Positions 36,802-47,807 of a stretch of 64,000 nucleotides of DNA are shown one piece after another. This DNA comes from a virus. The stretch covers positions 9,461 through 73,460 of the IMG/VR virus record IMGVR_UViG_3300023273_000426; one strand, given 5' to 3'. Each line of letters opens with the position of its first letter. Within the stretch, counting starts at the first letter, position 1. A program made the position numbers and the translations under genes. Below the pieces are notes generated by a model. It made no database searches. It saw nothing but the letters and a program-made list of their open reading frames with translations, and was not told the DNA's origin.

Positions 36802-39800
36802 TTATTTATCTAGTAGTTTTTCTACCATTGCACGGAGTTCTGCAATCTCTGCTGCTTGAGTATCAATCTGTGCTTGTTGCTCTTTGATTGCTTCGATTAA
36901 CACAGGAGCAATACGTTCATACTTAACAGTTAAGTAATCTTCACCGCTTTTACTGTTGCCTTCGTCGTCTAAGTCAAATGGTGCAGGAGCAACTGCTTCT
37001 GGCAACACTGCTTGAACTTCTTGTGCAAGTAAACCAACTTCGCGCTTTTCTGTATCAACGTCAAGTCCCCATTTGTGACCTTCGTCTGTCCAGTTATAAA
37101 GCACACCATTCAATTCTTTGACTTTGTTAAGTGCATTTGGAATGTTTTCAATGTTGGTTTTAAGTCTAGCATCTGATGAGTACGCTGTAACTTCGCCTGG
37201 GAATAGTGTATTACCACTACCGTTTAAAATAGTTGCAGTTCTAGTTAGTGAAGTAAACACACCCGTATACTGTCTATGATAGTGTGGTTCTGTACCATCG
37301 TCTCCTGTTGCTATTTCTAAATAACCTGCGTTTGATCCAGTAGCAGCACCACCAAATCTCCACTGGTCGTTGTCACCCATTGTACCTTGTGTACCACGGA
37401 ATGCTGTACCACTGTTTGAGAATACCTGTGTTGCAGTTGATTGATGAGCACCATTTGTTCTTAAGAACCCTGTGCTATCAATACCATCTAGTGTGTTGGC
37501 ATTGTCAGCACTAATACCAGTTAGGCCCGCACCATTACCTGTGAATGCATTAGCAGTAATGTTGCCTGTGATGTTAATAGTACCTGCGCCACTTAGTGTG
37601 CCACTGAAGCTATCGTTTGCATTGCTACGTATAAAGGCACCGCTTGTTAGGCCATCAAGTAGATCAGCATCAAGTCCACTACCAGCACCGTCGTTGCCAC
37701 TGTGCCAGACAGTATAGTCGGTTGATCCATTTTGGAATATTAATCCACTTGTGCCGCCATCTATTTCGAGTGCAGTATTAGCACCTTCGTTTTTGATGTA
37801 TATACTATCGTCACTGTCTCTATACTGCATGTAAGCACGTCTAGTGGTCGATTGATACCAACTAATATAAGGATTACCAGTAGCAGAGGTATCTTGCAAG
37901 CGAATCATTTCATCACCAGCGTGTGACATTGTTAGCAAGCCACCCATTGTATCAGCAACATTACTACGTAAGAAGTTTGCACTATCGATACCGTCTAGCG
38001 TATCAGCATTAACATTTGTTAAGCCACTACCATTACCAGTAAATGTACTTGTACCAATGTTGATGTTGCCAAATGTTGTTGTTATTTCACCTGCACCAAG
38101 TGCGCCAGTACCAGTCAAGTTACTGTATGTACCAGTAACTCTTGCGTTTGGAACAGTTCCTGTAGCTAAGTTACTTGCACTCAAGTTTTGAATGCCGCCA
38201 CCGCTTGCTGTATTAAGTGATCCAGCATATATTGCTCCAACAACACCTAGGCCGCCGCCGACTCTAACTGCACCAGTTGTTGTGTTTGTTGCGCCGCTAG
38301 TATTAGTAAATGTCTTAACACCAGCCATACTTTGATTGCCGCCGAGTCTGCTACCACTTACAGTACCACTACTCAAGTTACTTGCATTTAGTGTTGTTAA
38401 TCCACTACCATTACCAGTAAATGTGCTTGTACCAATATTAATATTACCAAAACCACTAGTAATACTACCACTGTTTAGAGCGCCTGTTCCTGTGATTTGT
38501 GCTTGGTGTTGTGTAATGCTCGAAGCAGCAATACGTGCATCTGCTACAGTACCACTACTCAAGTTACTTGCATTTAGTGTTGTTAAACCGCTACCATTAC
38601 CTGAGAATATGCCGCCGATATTAATATTTCCAAATCCATTAGTAATACTACCTGCATTTAGAATACCAACACCAGTAATACTCAACTGGTGCTGTGTTAC
38701 GCCAGATACTGCAATACGTGCATCCGGTATAGTACCACTAGTTAGGAAAGCAGCACTCATATCACCAATAAAGTTATCTGCACGTATATCTTTGTTTACA
38801 TACAACCCGCCTGTGATTTTAACTGCTGCACTGCCACCTGCAAATGTTGCACCGGTTGCATTTGTACCATCAGTAAATGTTACTAGATTGTTTGAAGCTA
38901 GTGTAGTAAATGCACCACTACTTGGAGTTATGTTACCAATCGGAGTATTGTTAATAGCACTAACAAACAAATCACCATCAATATACATATCAGTATTTGT
39001 ACGTAAATCCATACGTACAACCATTTCGCCTAAAGCACCTGCTAAATCTGCTGCTGCTTTAGTTTCACCAACTACAATCTCAGTTGCTGCTTGAGCAAAT
39101 GCTAGTGTTGTAGCATTATCTTTGAGTAAGTTAAATGTACCTGTTTCATCTGTATCAAGCGTTGTACCATTTACAAACAAGTTGCCTGATAAGTTAACAT
39201 TTGTATTTCTAATGTTAAAGTTGCCTGATGTAGCACCTGCTGTAACTGTTGTTGCTGCTCCACCTACATTAAGTGTAGTTGCAGTTGCGTTGATTAGGTT
39301 AAAAGTTGCTGCGTTTGTAGTTATATCTCCACCATCAACATTAACATCTAGGTCTACATCTAAGTTGTTGTGTATAGTTGTAGTACCTGTTGCTGCGCCT
39401 ATCTCAACACTAGTAGCGTCACCGCCCATGTTTATTGATGTTGCAGTTGTGTCAAACAGTGCCATTGTAGCACTTGCAGCATTAATACCAGTAGTAAAAC
39501 TTGGCGATGTAGCAAATGTTGCTGCGCCAGATCCTGTTTCGTCACTTAGTACACCACGCAGTTGCGCACTTGTAGTTGCTGCAAACTGACTTAATGGATT
39601 TCCTGTAATAGCAAGTGTACCGCTTGTTGGCAATGTTACACTGGTGTTTCCAGTTGTTGTTAATCCTAATGTATGAGCACCAGTATGTGTAAAGTTGCCG
39701 CCAATAGTAATAGTACTGCCGCCGTTGTTTACACCAGTGCCGCCGTAAGTACTGTTGATAACACTACCTTGCCATACACCTGTTCCTATAGTTCCTAATG

Positions 39801-42800
39801 TTTGTAAACTACTGTTGACAACTGCGCTGCCGAGTGTTGTACTGTTAAGAACACTTGCATCGTTGATGTAATATGCTTTACCACTTGCTAGGTTAAAGTC
39901 TTCACTCGAATCCCAACTTGTATTTGCATTATCCCAAGTTAGTGTTGCGTTAGCACCATCAACTGTAATACCAGCACCGTTTGCTGCTGCACCACTTGCT
40001 GCACCACTTGCTACAACAATGTTAAGATCGTCTACAGTTAGTGTTGTACTGTTAATAGTTGTAGTATCGCCATTAACTGTTAGATCACCTGTAACAACAA
40101 GATCGTGTCCAATAGTAGTTGTTCCGCCACCGTCACCACCTGTACCAATATTAACTGTTGTTGCTGCTGCGCCTACATTCAATGTTGTTGGTGTTGCAAA
40201 TGCATTAAATGTTGTTTCAGTAGAATCTAAGTCTCCACCATTAATATCAACATCGTGTGCAAAGGTGGTTTTACCTGTAGCTGCACCTACATTGATTGCT
40301 GTTGCATCGCCGCCCATGTTAATAGTTGTAGCAGTATCATTTAGTAGAGCAACAGTTGTTTCACTTGTGCTTAATGTAGCGTCAACTTCAACTTCACCAG
40401 TGAATGTTGCTTTACCACTTGTATCAATAGTTAAACGAGTTTGAACTGTGTGTTCAATGTCACTTGATGTTGAAACTTCACCAGTTTTAATGATTACATC
40501 GCCGCCGGTTGCATTACCTGTTCCGGAACCGCCTTCAATAGTAATGGCTCCGCCTGCAACATTGTTTCCAATACCGCTTGTACCTTTGATTGTAGAACTA
40601 GTTGGTGTTTCACTTGCTTCGGCATTGCCAAATACAACAGTACTATTTCTAATAATCATGTTATTACCAATGTTTATTGTACCTTGTACAACGTCCAATG
40701 GATCAGATGTAACATTTAAATCTGTTCTAATAGTAAACGAAGTTGCGTTTTCAGTTGCACCAATAACTGGCCAACTACCATCTAAGTTTGTTACTGCACT
40801 ACTTGCAATATTAATAGTATCGCCAACTAGTACACCTAATGTTTTAGGAGTATAAGTAAATGATAGTGTAGTTGAGTTTGTAATAGTACCTGTTGTTTCT
40901 GTACTTAAATATATGTACTCATCAGTAACACCACTAACTGTTGTGTTTGATGGAATACTGCCACTACCAGTAACCAACATACCTGCTAAGATAGTTGATG
41001 TATCACTCATCGGAACTTCTTTTTCGCCGTTGGCTGTAACTCCATTTGTATTTACAGTAACACTTCCAAGGTTAACTACTACATCCTGTGAAATAGTTGC
41101 TTCATAACCGTCAACAAATGTTAACAAGTTACGTGTTGAAGTTGCATTACCTATTTTAATATTAGTAGCAGCGCCGCCTATTTCTAAGCTAGTAACGTTT
41201 GCATTGTAAACACTACCACTACCAATACTCGATGAGTTAAGCGAAGCGTTACCAACGTCAAGTCCTTCTGATAGATCAAGTGCTGTACCCCATTCCGGTG
41301 TTACACCATTTGATTTTAAGAAACTGTTGTTTCTACCAATGTTGAGCGTGTTTAAACTACCTGTGGTTTGTGCATATATCATGTCGCCAATTGCGTATGT
41401 GCTAATGTTTGTACCACCTCTTGCAACTGGAACAAGACTTGTTAAGTTAGCAGGATTTAGGAAATATGCACTATCAAGTCCATCTAGCGTACCTGCATCA
41501 ACTACACCGTCTTTGATAAACACCTGTCCGCTGCCATCACTAGGAACGTCAAACTGCGTTTGTAAAAATCTACTAACACCTAATGTAGAAAAGGTACCCA
41601 GAGGATCAAGGTCTACGTTAGCAATACCAATCTGTACCGGATCGCCGTAGAACTCGCCGCCGACGCTACTACCTGTTAGTGTAATAGGGTTATCTGTTGT
41701 GTTTTGTTTTTTAAGTGTTTGTACAACATTTTTATAAGAACTATCACCAAACAATGCTGTTTCACTGTTTGGCACACCACTTGCGCCAAGTCTACTTGGA
41801 CTAATAGTACCTGAAATAATATTTTCAGCATCAATGTTTGTAACAGCAAGTGTGTTCCAGTTAGCAAGTAATCTACTAGAAGTATTAATAACTGCATTAA
41901 CTTGTACGTTGTTTTTAATAACGTTTGCACTACCTACACCAATACCGTCGATAAGTTTTGGGTTAGTTACTAGATCGTTGATACTACTCAATGCGTCACT
42001 ACGTAATGCATGAAGTGTAAAGCTGTTGAGTGTTACAGATCCTATAAAGAATCTACTTCCTGATGTTACTGCTTCTGCATTAACACTAAACAGTTCATTC
42101 GACGAACTACCATCTGATAGTGATTCAAATCTAACAGCATTACCAGTTGAAAACCCGTGTGCTTGTACTATAATACTATTATCAATTATATTAACTGTTC
42201 TTCTTGTGAGTGTGTGGGCATTGTTAGCAGGAGTGCTTGTAAAATCAATTTGATTTATTAATGCAAATCCTGAATATAATTCAAATGTATCTGCGTCAAT
42301 CTTTTTAGCGTAATAAACCAATCCGTTTACTAGGCCTCCAATTGCAACATTACCATTGGTATTATAGGTTACAGGGTCGCCGTTTTCAAATCCATGATTT
42401 GTTACAATAATACGAGAATCGGTATAGTTGACAGATCCGCCACTACCGCTAACACCAGCTAGGAAGTTGTTTTCAATAAAGTCGTCTAAGTTGATTATTT
42501 TACCGTTTTGTGTTGCAGTGTTGTCTTCAACAAAGTCAATACTCGATGAACTAGCAACGTAAAGCTCGCCACCTAATATATTAACATATGCACGTTTTTC
42601 AAAACTTGTAACTTCAATTTCAAAACCACTACCTGTTCCGCCAATGCTTGATGCAGCAACACTAAGTAGATCGCCGGTATCATAACCAGTACCGCCAGTT
42701 TTAATATCAACGTCAGTAACCTGTCCTGCTGTTACAGTAATGTCTGCTGTTGCGCCTGAGCCCGATCCTGAGTTGTTTGTAAATGCTACGTCTGAATATA

Positions 42801-45800
42801 CTTTTGTTCCGTTGGTTGGAGTATACAAACTGCCGCCTGTAATAGAACCGTTATCTACACCTGTTAGTATACCATAGCGTACTTCTGTTACAGCACCCTG
42901 AGCGTTTCCGTCAGCTGATGTAACAATAGTACGTGCAGTACCTGCTATTGTTTTTGAAGCTTCATTATCGCCAGTGTTGGCAATAGTAAATGATGTTGCT
43001 GTTGGTGTGCTTAACACAAGTGTATTTTCATCGTATGTTGTATCATCTGGAACTAAAACTTGTACATTGTTATCAACTTGTAAGTTGTGAGCACCGCTTG
43101 TTGTGATTGTAGCAATGTTGCTTGTACGTTCAACATCTGTAATAACTGCACTAGTAAATGTATAGTCGACGTCTGGATCAAGAACCAAATACTGACTGCT
43201 GTTTGAACTACGTAAGAAGAAGTTGTCAACAATCTCTGACACTGCACCTTTTGCAGTTGGGCGTACTCCAGAATCAACTCCATTAACAAACAAGTTTGGT
43301 GCTGTTCCACTTACATCCCAAGGATCGCCTGTACTATCATCTTCAGTGTTCCACGCTCCTGGAACACTAGCAATAAGTATGTTTCCGCTCGATGCATAAG
43401 AACCTTTTGCATATGCAATAGCGTCGGCAATGCCGGGTTGTGTAATCACATCACCGTTAGTAACATTTGTAATATTTCCACTAAGTGTAAGTTCAACTTG
43501 CTCGTAGTTTTCTGTAGCAATGTCACCAGCTTTTAGATCTATTGCCGGAATATCATCAACTTGTTCTAGTCTTGATAGGTAGCCTTGTGTGTTTGTGTTG
43601 GTAAACTGACGTGTTGCCGGAATCAAATCTCCGTTTAACTGACCGTTGGTATTAAGCTGAACAATAGCACCCGGAACGGCAGCTGTACTAACTGATTTGT
43701 CAACAAATCCGCCTAGTCTGTTGTTAATAAACGAACGTACTGCTAACTGTGTGACCATACGTGCATCACTTGGTCCGCCAAGTTCGTCGTCGCCTAAGTT
43801 AACACTGGTTGAGATTTCTTCAATAGCAACGTCACTCAAACTCAAACGCAAAGCATCGAGCTCGTCCACCTGAACTTTGTTTCTAAATGTAATGTTACCT
43901 GTTCTGTTGAACGCTGTAATAAAGTCACCAACTTTAAAGTCACCAAGTTCGTTTGTACCTGATGAGTAAACACGTCCTGGAAGTTCTTCAAACTGTTCAA
44001 ACTCACTTCTTGTGTTACCACCGTTTTGTGGAAGTGCGTTGTAGTCAACACCCGAACCTGCGTATTCCCAAGTATGAGAAGAACTGTTAACAATCGACGG
44101 TCTGTGGAACCAAAGTTGTTTCTCAGGCAAGTTAACAGTGTTTGTTAAACTACTGCTACCGTCAGTAGCAGTAATCGAGAATGTTGCAGTACCTAAACCT
44201 AACTTTGTAGCTGCTTCGTTAACACCAATGGTTGAGTTTGGCGAACTAGCATGGTCTTCTGCAATAATACTTGTTTCGTCGAACTGTACTCTAAGCACAC
44301 TAGAACCAACTGCAACTTGTTCAATACTTACAACTAGTCTACGCTCTCTTGGTTCCCATTTTGTAACAATAGCACTGTTATTATTAACACCAGTTGTACC
44401 TGTAATAGTTCTACCAGGCACAAACTCATAACTTTCAGCTCCTGATTCTAGTATTAGTGTTTGATATGTTGTATGAGAACTTATAATTTCTTCAACAAAG
44501 AATTCAATAACGTTTGAGAAGAACTTGTGAGTGTTTGAACCTGCTTCAATAAGATTAACATCAAAATCTCCTGATTCGTCAAATGTTAAACTAAATTCGT
44601 CATCATTAATGATTTTAATATAATAAGTCTGTTCTGCATCAAGTCCTTTAATAGGAGGATTGCCATCTGGATCATATATAACTTTTTGACCATTTGAGAA
44701 TCCGTGATCTACAATTGTAATAACATCTGCTAAAACATTAACGGCTGTAGCAGCATCAAATGTAGTTTCAGTTGGTGTAAGTTTGAAGTCGTTTGTAATA
44801 TCGCCTTCACTGCTCACTTCAGTTGGATCTGGAAGGTCGTCTGGATCATTAATAATAGTTTTTACAACATCAAACTTTGCACTTGCAAAATCTTGTACGG
44901 CTGCACTAACTCCAGTAAGATATGCTAATGTTTCTGTCTTTGCTTGCTCAATAGCAGCAATAGTTTGTAGTTCTTGACCACTAATACTAATACGCGAACT
45001 ATCTTGTAAGTTTTGTGTATAATAAGCCAAGCCAGCACTACGTGAATATCTGTTGCCTGTATCCCAAACATCGTTGGCTACTGCTTCGACAATAAGTTGT
45101 GTGTCTCTATTACATTTTGATTGATTATAATCAAAGTTATACCAAATATTTGCTTGTATTTGTTCGTTAATAAACTGAGTAACATTCTGTGCAATATTGA
45201 TTTGACCTGTGATTCCTAGTTCATTGAAGTCTGCTTGTAGTGCTGCACCAGTCCAAGTTATATCTGGCTCAACTCTAGTTGGCTCTGTAGCACCATTACT
45301 AGTTAAATAAGCAATGATTTCGTCTAGTCTAGCTGCTGCATAATCAGCTGCCGCTTCACTACCTGCTGTACCTGATACATCTTGTGTTTCTGTATTTCCT
45401 GCGGTTACAACAACTGTTTGTTCTTGTATAACTTGTTTTATTATTTCTTTTAGTCTACCATAAGCAGCAATAGTTTCCTCTTGCTGTCCAGCACCGTATT
45501 GTGCTACACCGTCGATAAAATATGCTAATGCTGCAACTAATGTTTGTAAGTTTCCGCCATATGTTAAATCATAAGATAACGCATCAACAATAAGTCCGGT
45601 ATCTCTTTCACATTTTGATTCATTATATGCAAACCCTGGTACAAACGGTGAGTTTCCTGCGGCTATTTCTGCATTTAACCAAGCAGTAAGTTCGCTTTGT
45701 AAAAATGTTTTGTTTGCATTTATTTGTAATACTGCATTTTCAAAACCTGCATCACTAGCGTTATCTGTGCCGCCTGTTGGCAATGGACGAGAATATGCGG

Positions 45801-47640
45801 CTGCAACACTATCGCCGGGCACAGTATTTGCATCGCCGTTGGTTACAATATCAATAATCTCGTCCCAAAGTACATTAGCTCTACTTGTTGCTGTAGCATC
45901 AGTAAGTGCATTTGCAGTAAGTGCTTTAGCTTGTGCAAATGCTGCAATGTGTTGATCTTTTTGGGCAGCAAATACATTGCCTGCAAACGATCCGCTAAAA
46001 TATCTTAGTGCAGCACTAACACTTCTGTGATTACTATTAAACAAGAAATCATAACGTACAGCATCAATCAATCTCTGAACATCGCGTCTGCATTTGTCTT
46101 CGTTATATGTAAATCCTGCCCATATGCTCGGCGAAGCTGCTGCAACTTGTGCATTAATCCAAGTTACCACATCATTAGCAATAATATCTTTGTTGAGTTT
46201 TAGTAAGTCGTGTGCTGTTTTATAATCTGGATCTCTAAAACGTAATACAAATTCTTCAACTGGTGTATCACGATTGATACCAGCAATCGTAATAGTTTGC
46301 TTTCCTTCACTTTGACCTGTTGATGTTACAAACGCTCTATCAAATTGGAACGCTTTAGGCGAATACCCACTACTTCTCAACGCATACAAACCAAAGTTTG
46401 TAGCGGAGTTGGTAATAGAACAGTAGCCGCCACTTTGTGTATAAACACCATTTAGTAGGAAGATTTCAAAACAAGACACGATCTGTGCATAAGCATCATT
46501 GGTTAGACGCCAAGCAGTACCACCAAACGAGAGAATAGTAAATGCGTTGGCAACCATCGATTTACCTTGCTCAGGTATTGCACCAACTACTGGATTCTCA
46601 GCTTCGATTTGATTAACCGGAACGTTTGGAGATTCAACTTTTGAACCGTCAATTTTAGCACCGTTCATTCCTAAGAATGAAATAATCGAGGCGTTCTGAA
46701 TATACGGTGAAGTTGTAATAGTTGGTTTTGTGTTTGGCAAGTTTGGATAACTTGCACGATCAGGAACATCAGTTGCTGTTGGATCATCAAAGGCAACAGC
46801 ATAGTCAGCTGTAATAAGTGGAACAAAGTTTGAGTCAACACCGTCACGGAATGTAAATTCACCAAAATAACAAGCGTTACGAACACGTAGCATGTCCAAG
46901 TTAGCATTCTTAGGACGAATAATACAACCACGCAAACCGTCACCTTTGATAACTGTGTTGTCTGGAACAATAATAGGATTGTCTTCTGTATAGTCGCCAA
47001 CAGCAACTTTGATGTTAATACGTTTAAAGTTAACAGTGCCATCAGCGTTGTATACTTGTGCGGAGGCTAGTTGACAAGCACGTTTAACTGTTTTAACTGG
47101 AGCACTTTGACCGTCATTTGCATCATCGCCTTGTTCTTGAGATACGTAAATGACATTTCCGCCGAAGATATCAGCGTCATTAAAGAATAAGTTACCAGAA
47201 GCATCAACTGACATTAGCTGACCAATAGTACCCGAAGTTGGAGGCAGGGTTAGTTGATAGCCAGCGTCTAATGTATTTGGTGCTTTAATACTAACACCAT
47301 CTTCACCAGAAGCAGTAAGTTCTCTAAATGTTAAAACACCTGCATCTTCAATATCAACATTATCTTTAATATTAAATCCAGCATTTGTAATGGTCATCTT
47401 GTCAACATCATTAACTGTCATTGTGATTGCTGCTTCTGTACTGTCAGCTAAATCGTCAATTTTAATTTCTGAGTTGCCTTCAAAAATACGTTTAGTAATA
47501 TCTTGAACTGTATTATCGTCACGTAGTAAATATACTTTACCGTCTGCTGTGTTTAATGCTAGTTCGCCGCTTTGAAGTTGTGCTATAGTTGGTTTCTTAC
47601 CAGCGACCGCACTTCGTTTGTGTCTAATTGTTGTTGCCAT
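36802..47640 (-). CDS. giant tail fibre protein (about 3612 aa) with C-terminal peptidase S74 intramolecular chaperone
   Basis: N-terminal KRSAVAGKKP...GELALNTADGK fibre motif, KCxRD helical repeats, NADTLDG repeats and C-terminal SSDARLKTNI..GLLAQEVQ..PEAV..Y...LIEAIKEQ. AGGAGG RBS before ATG 47640. Confidence 0.85.
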   Translation of the reverse strand: MATTIRHKRSAVAGKKPTIAQLQSGELALNTADGKVYLLRDDNTVQDITKRIFEGNSEIKIDDLADSTEAAITMTVNDVDKMTITNAGFNIKDNVDIEDAGVLTFRELTASGEDGVSIKAPNTLDAGYQLTLPPTSGTIGQLMSVDASGNLFFNDADIFGGNVIYVSQEQGDDANDGQSAPVKTVKRACQLASAQVYNADGTVNFKRINIKVAVGDYTEDNPIIVPDNTVIKGDGLRGCIIRPKNANLDMLRVRNACYFGEFTFRDGVDSNFVPLITADYAVAFDDPTATDVPDRASYPNLPNTKPTITTSPYIQNASIISFLGMNGAKIDGSKVESPNVPVNQIEAENPVVGAIPEQGKSMVANAFTILSFGGTAWRLTNDAYAQIVSCFEIFLLNGVYTQSGGYCSITNSATNFGLYALRSSGYSPKAFQFDRAFVTSTGQSEGKQTITIAGINRDTPVEEFVLRFRDPDYKTAHDLLKLNKDIIANDVVTWINAQVAAASPSIWAGFTYNEDKCRRDVQRLIDAVRYDFLFNSNHRSVSAALRYFSGSFAGNVFAAQKDQHIAAFAQAKALTANALTDATATSRANVLWDEIIDIVTNGDANTVPGDSVAAAYSRPLPTGGTDNASDAGFENAVLQINANKTFLQSELTAWLNAEIAAGNSPFVPGFAYNESKCERDTGLIVDALSYDLTYGGNLQTLVAALAYFIDGVAQYGAGQQEETIAAYGRLKEIIKQVIQEQTVVVTAGNTETQDVSGTAGSEAAADYAAARLDEIIAYLTSNGATEPTRVEPDITWTGAALQADFNELGITGQINIAQNVTQFINEQIQANIWYNFDYNQSKCNRDTQLIVEAVANDVWDTGNRYSRSAGLAYYTQNLQDSSRISISGQELQTIAAIEQAKTETLAYLTGVSAAVQDFASAKFDVVKTIINDPDDLPDPTEVSSEGDITNDFKLTPTETTFDAATAVNVLADVITIVDHGFSNGQKVIYDPDGNPPIKGLDAEQTYYIKIINDDEFSLTFDESGDFDVNLIEAGSNTHKFFSNVIEFFVEEIISSHTTYQTLILESGAESYEFVPGRTITGTTGVNNNSAIVTKWEPRERRLVVSIEQVAVGSSVLRVQFDETSIIAEDHASSPNSTIGVNEAATKLGLGTATFSITATDGSSSLTNTVNLPEKQLWFHRPSIVNSSSHTWEYAGSGVDYNALPQNGGNTRSEFEQFEELPGRVYSSGTNELGDFKVGDFITAFNRTGNITFRNKVQVDELDALRLSLSDVAIEEISTSVNLGDDELGGPSDARMVTQLAVRSFINNRLGGFVDKSVSTAAVPGAIVQLNTNGQLNGDLIPATRQFTNTNTQGYLSRLEQVDDIPAIDLKAGDIATENYEQVELTLSGNITNVTNGDVITQPGIADAIAYAKGSYASSGNILIASVPGAWNTEDDSTGDPWDVSGTAPNLFVNGVDSGVRPTAKGAVSEIVDNFFLRSSNSSQYLVLDPDVDYTFTSAVITDVERTSNIATITTSGAHNLQVDNNVQVLVPDDTTYDENTLVLSTPTATSFTIANTGDNEASKTIAGTARTIVTSADGNAQGAVTEVRYGILTGVDNGSITGGSLYTPTNGTKVYSDVAFTNNSGSGSGATADITVTAGQVTDVDIKTGGTGYDTGDLLSVAASSIGGTGSGFEIEVTSFEKRAYVNILGGELYVASSSSIDFVEDNTATQNGKIINLDDFIENNFLAGVSGSGGSVNYTDSRIIVTNHGFENGDPVTYNTNGNVAIGGLVNGLVYYAKKIDADTFELYSGFALINQIDFTSTPANNAHTLTRRTVNIIDNSIIVQAHGFSTGNAVRFESLSDGSSSNELFSVNAEAVTSGSRFFIGSVTLNSFTLHALRSDALSSINDLVTNPKLIDGIGVGSANVIKNNVQVNAVINTSSRLLANWNTLAVTNIDAENIISGTISPSRLGASGVPNSETALFGDSSYKNVVQTLKKQNTTDNPITLTGSSVGGEFYGDPVQIGIANVDLDPLGTFSTLGVSRFLQTQFDVPSDGSGQVFIKDGVVDAGTLDGLDSAYFLNPANLTSLVPVARGGTNISTYAIGDMIYAQTTGSLNTLNIGRNNSFLKSNGVTPEWGTALDLSEGLDVGNASLNSSSIGSGSVYNANVTSLEIGGAATNIKIGNATSTRNLLTFVDGYEATISQDVVVNLGSVTVNTNGVTANGEKEVPMSDTSTILAGMLVTGSGSIPSNTTVSGVTDEYIYLSTETTGTITNSTTLSFTYTPKTLGVLVGDTINIASSAVTNLDGSWPVIGATENATSFTIRTDLNVTSDPLDVVQGTINIGNNMIIRNSTVVFGNAEASETPTSSTIKGTSGIGNNVAGGAITIEGGSGTGNATGGDVIIKTGEVSTSSDIEHTVQTRLTIDTSGKATFTGEVEVDATLSTSETTVALLNDTATTINMGGDATAINVGAATGKTTFAHDVDINGGDLDSTETTFNAFATPTTLNVGAAATTVNIGTGGDGGGTTTIGHDLVVTGDLTVNGDTTTINSTTLTVDDLNIVVASGAASGAAANGAGITVDGANATLTWDNANTSWDSSEDFNLASGKAYYINDASVLNSTTLGSAVVNSSLQTLGTIGTGVWQGSVINSTYGGTGVNNGGSTITIGGNFTHTGAHTLGLTTTGNTSVTLPTSGTLAITGNPLSQFAATTSAQLRGVLSDETGSGAATFATSPSFTTGINAASATMALFDTTATSINMGGDATSVEIGAATGTTTIHNNLDVDLDVNVDGGDITTNAATFNLINATATTLNVGGAATTVTAGATSGNFNIRNTNVNLSGNLFVNGTTLDTDETGTFNLLKDNATTLAFAQAATEIVVGETKAAADLAGALGEMVVRMDLRTNTDMYIDGDLFVSAINNTPIGNITPSSGAFTTLASNNLVTFTDGTNATGATFAGGSAAVKITGGLYVNKDIRADNFIGDMSAAFLTSGTIPDARIAVSGVTQHQLSITGVGILNAGSITNGFGNINIGGIFSGNGSGLTTLNASNLSSGTVADARIAASSITQHQAQITGTGALNSGSITSGFGNINIGTSTFTGNGSGLTTLNASNLSSGTVSGSRLGGNQSMAGVKTFTNTSGATNTTTGAVRVGGGLGVVGAIYAGSLNTASGGGIQNLSASNLATGTVPNARVTGTYSNLTGTGALGAGEITTTFGNINIGTSTFTGNGSGLTNVNADTLDGIDSANFLRSNVADTMGGLLTMSHAGDEMIRLQDTSATGNPYISWYQSTTRRAYMQYRDSDDSIYIKNEGANTALEIDGGTSGLIFQNGSTDYTVWHSGNDGAGSGLDADLLDGLTSGAFIRSNANDSFSGTLSGAGTINITGNITANAFTGNGAGLTGISADNANTLDGIDSTGFLRTNGAHQSTATQVFSNSGTAFRGTQGTMGDNDQWRFGGAATGSNAGYLEIATGDDGTEPHYHRQYTGVFTSLTRTATILNGSGNTLFPGEVTAYSSDARLKTNIENIPNALNKVKELNGVLYNWTDEGHKWGLDVDTEKREVGLLAQEVQAVLPEAVAPAPFDLDDEGNSKSGEDYLTVKYERIAPVLIEAIKEQQAQIDTQAAEIAELRAMVEKLLDK
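38359..38586. repeat. exact 42-bp direct repeat in the distal fibre shaft
   Basis: tacagtaccactactcaagttacttgcatttagtgttgttaa at 38359-38400 and 38545-38586, encoding LTTLNASNLSSGTV. Confidence 0.85.
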
Positions 47641-47753
47641 TTGCAACTGCCTCCTATTTAGGTACGGGTCAGGTCCAAAGACGCCCATTGTAAAACGATA
47701 GAAATCGCTACTAACTTATTTATCAAGTTTAAAAAATGGTTACTGTATTCGTA

Positions 47754-47778
47754 AAAAAAGGGCCATTTAAGGCCCTTT
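47754..47778 (-). terminator. intrinsic terminator between the two giant genes
   Basis: AAAGGGCC...GGCCCTTT followed by further Ts on the minus strand. Confidence 0.7.
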
Positions 47779-47807
47779 AGTTTTAGTTTTTATTGTTTTC
47801 AGTAAAC

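Noticed and set aside
36802-36810. GATAAATA late-promoter motif at the end of the fibre gene
   Set aside because: It encodes D-K-stop and is followed immediately by a terminator hairpin, so it is probably incidental.
38359-38586. Fibre repeats as a diversity-generating retroelement TR/VR pair
   Set aside because: The copies are identical in-frame coding repeats with no adenine-specific mismatches, and there is no reverse transcriptase in the window.
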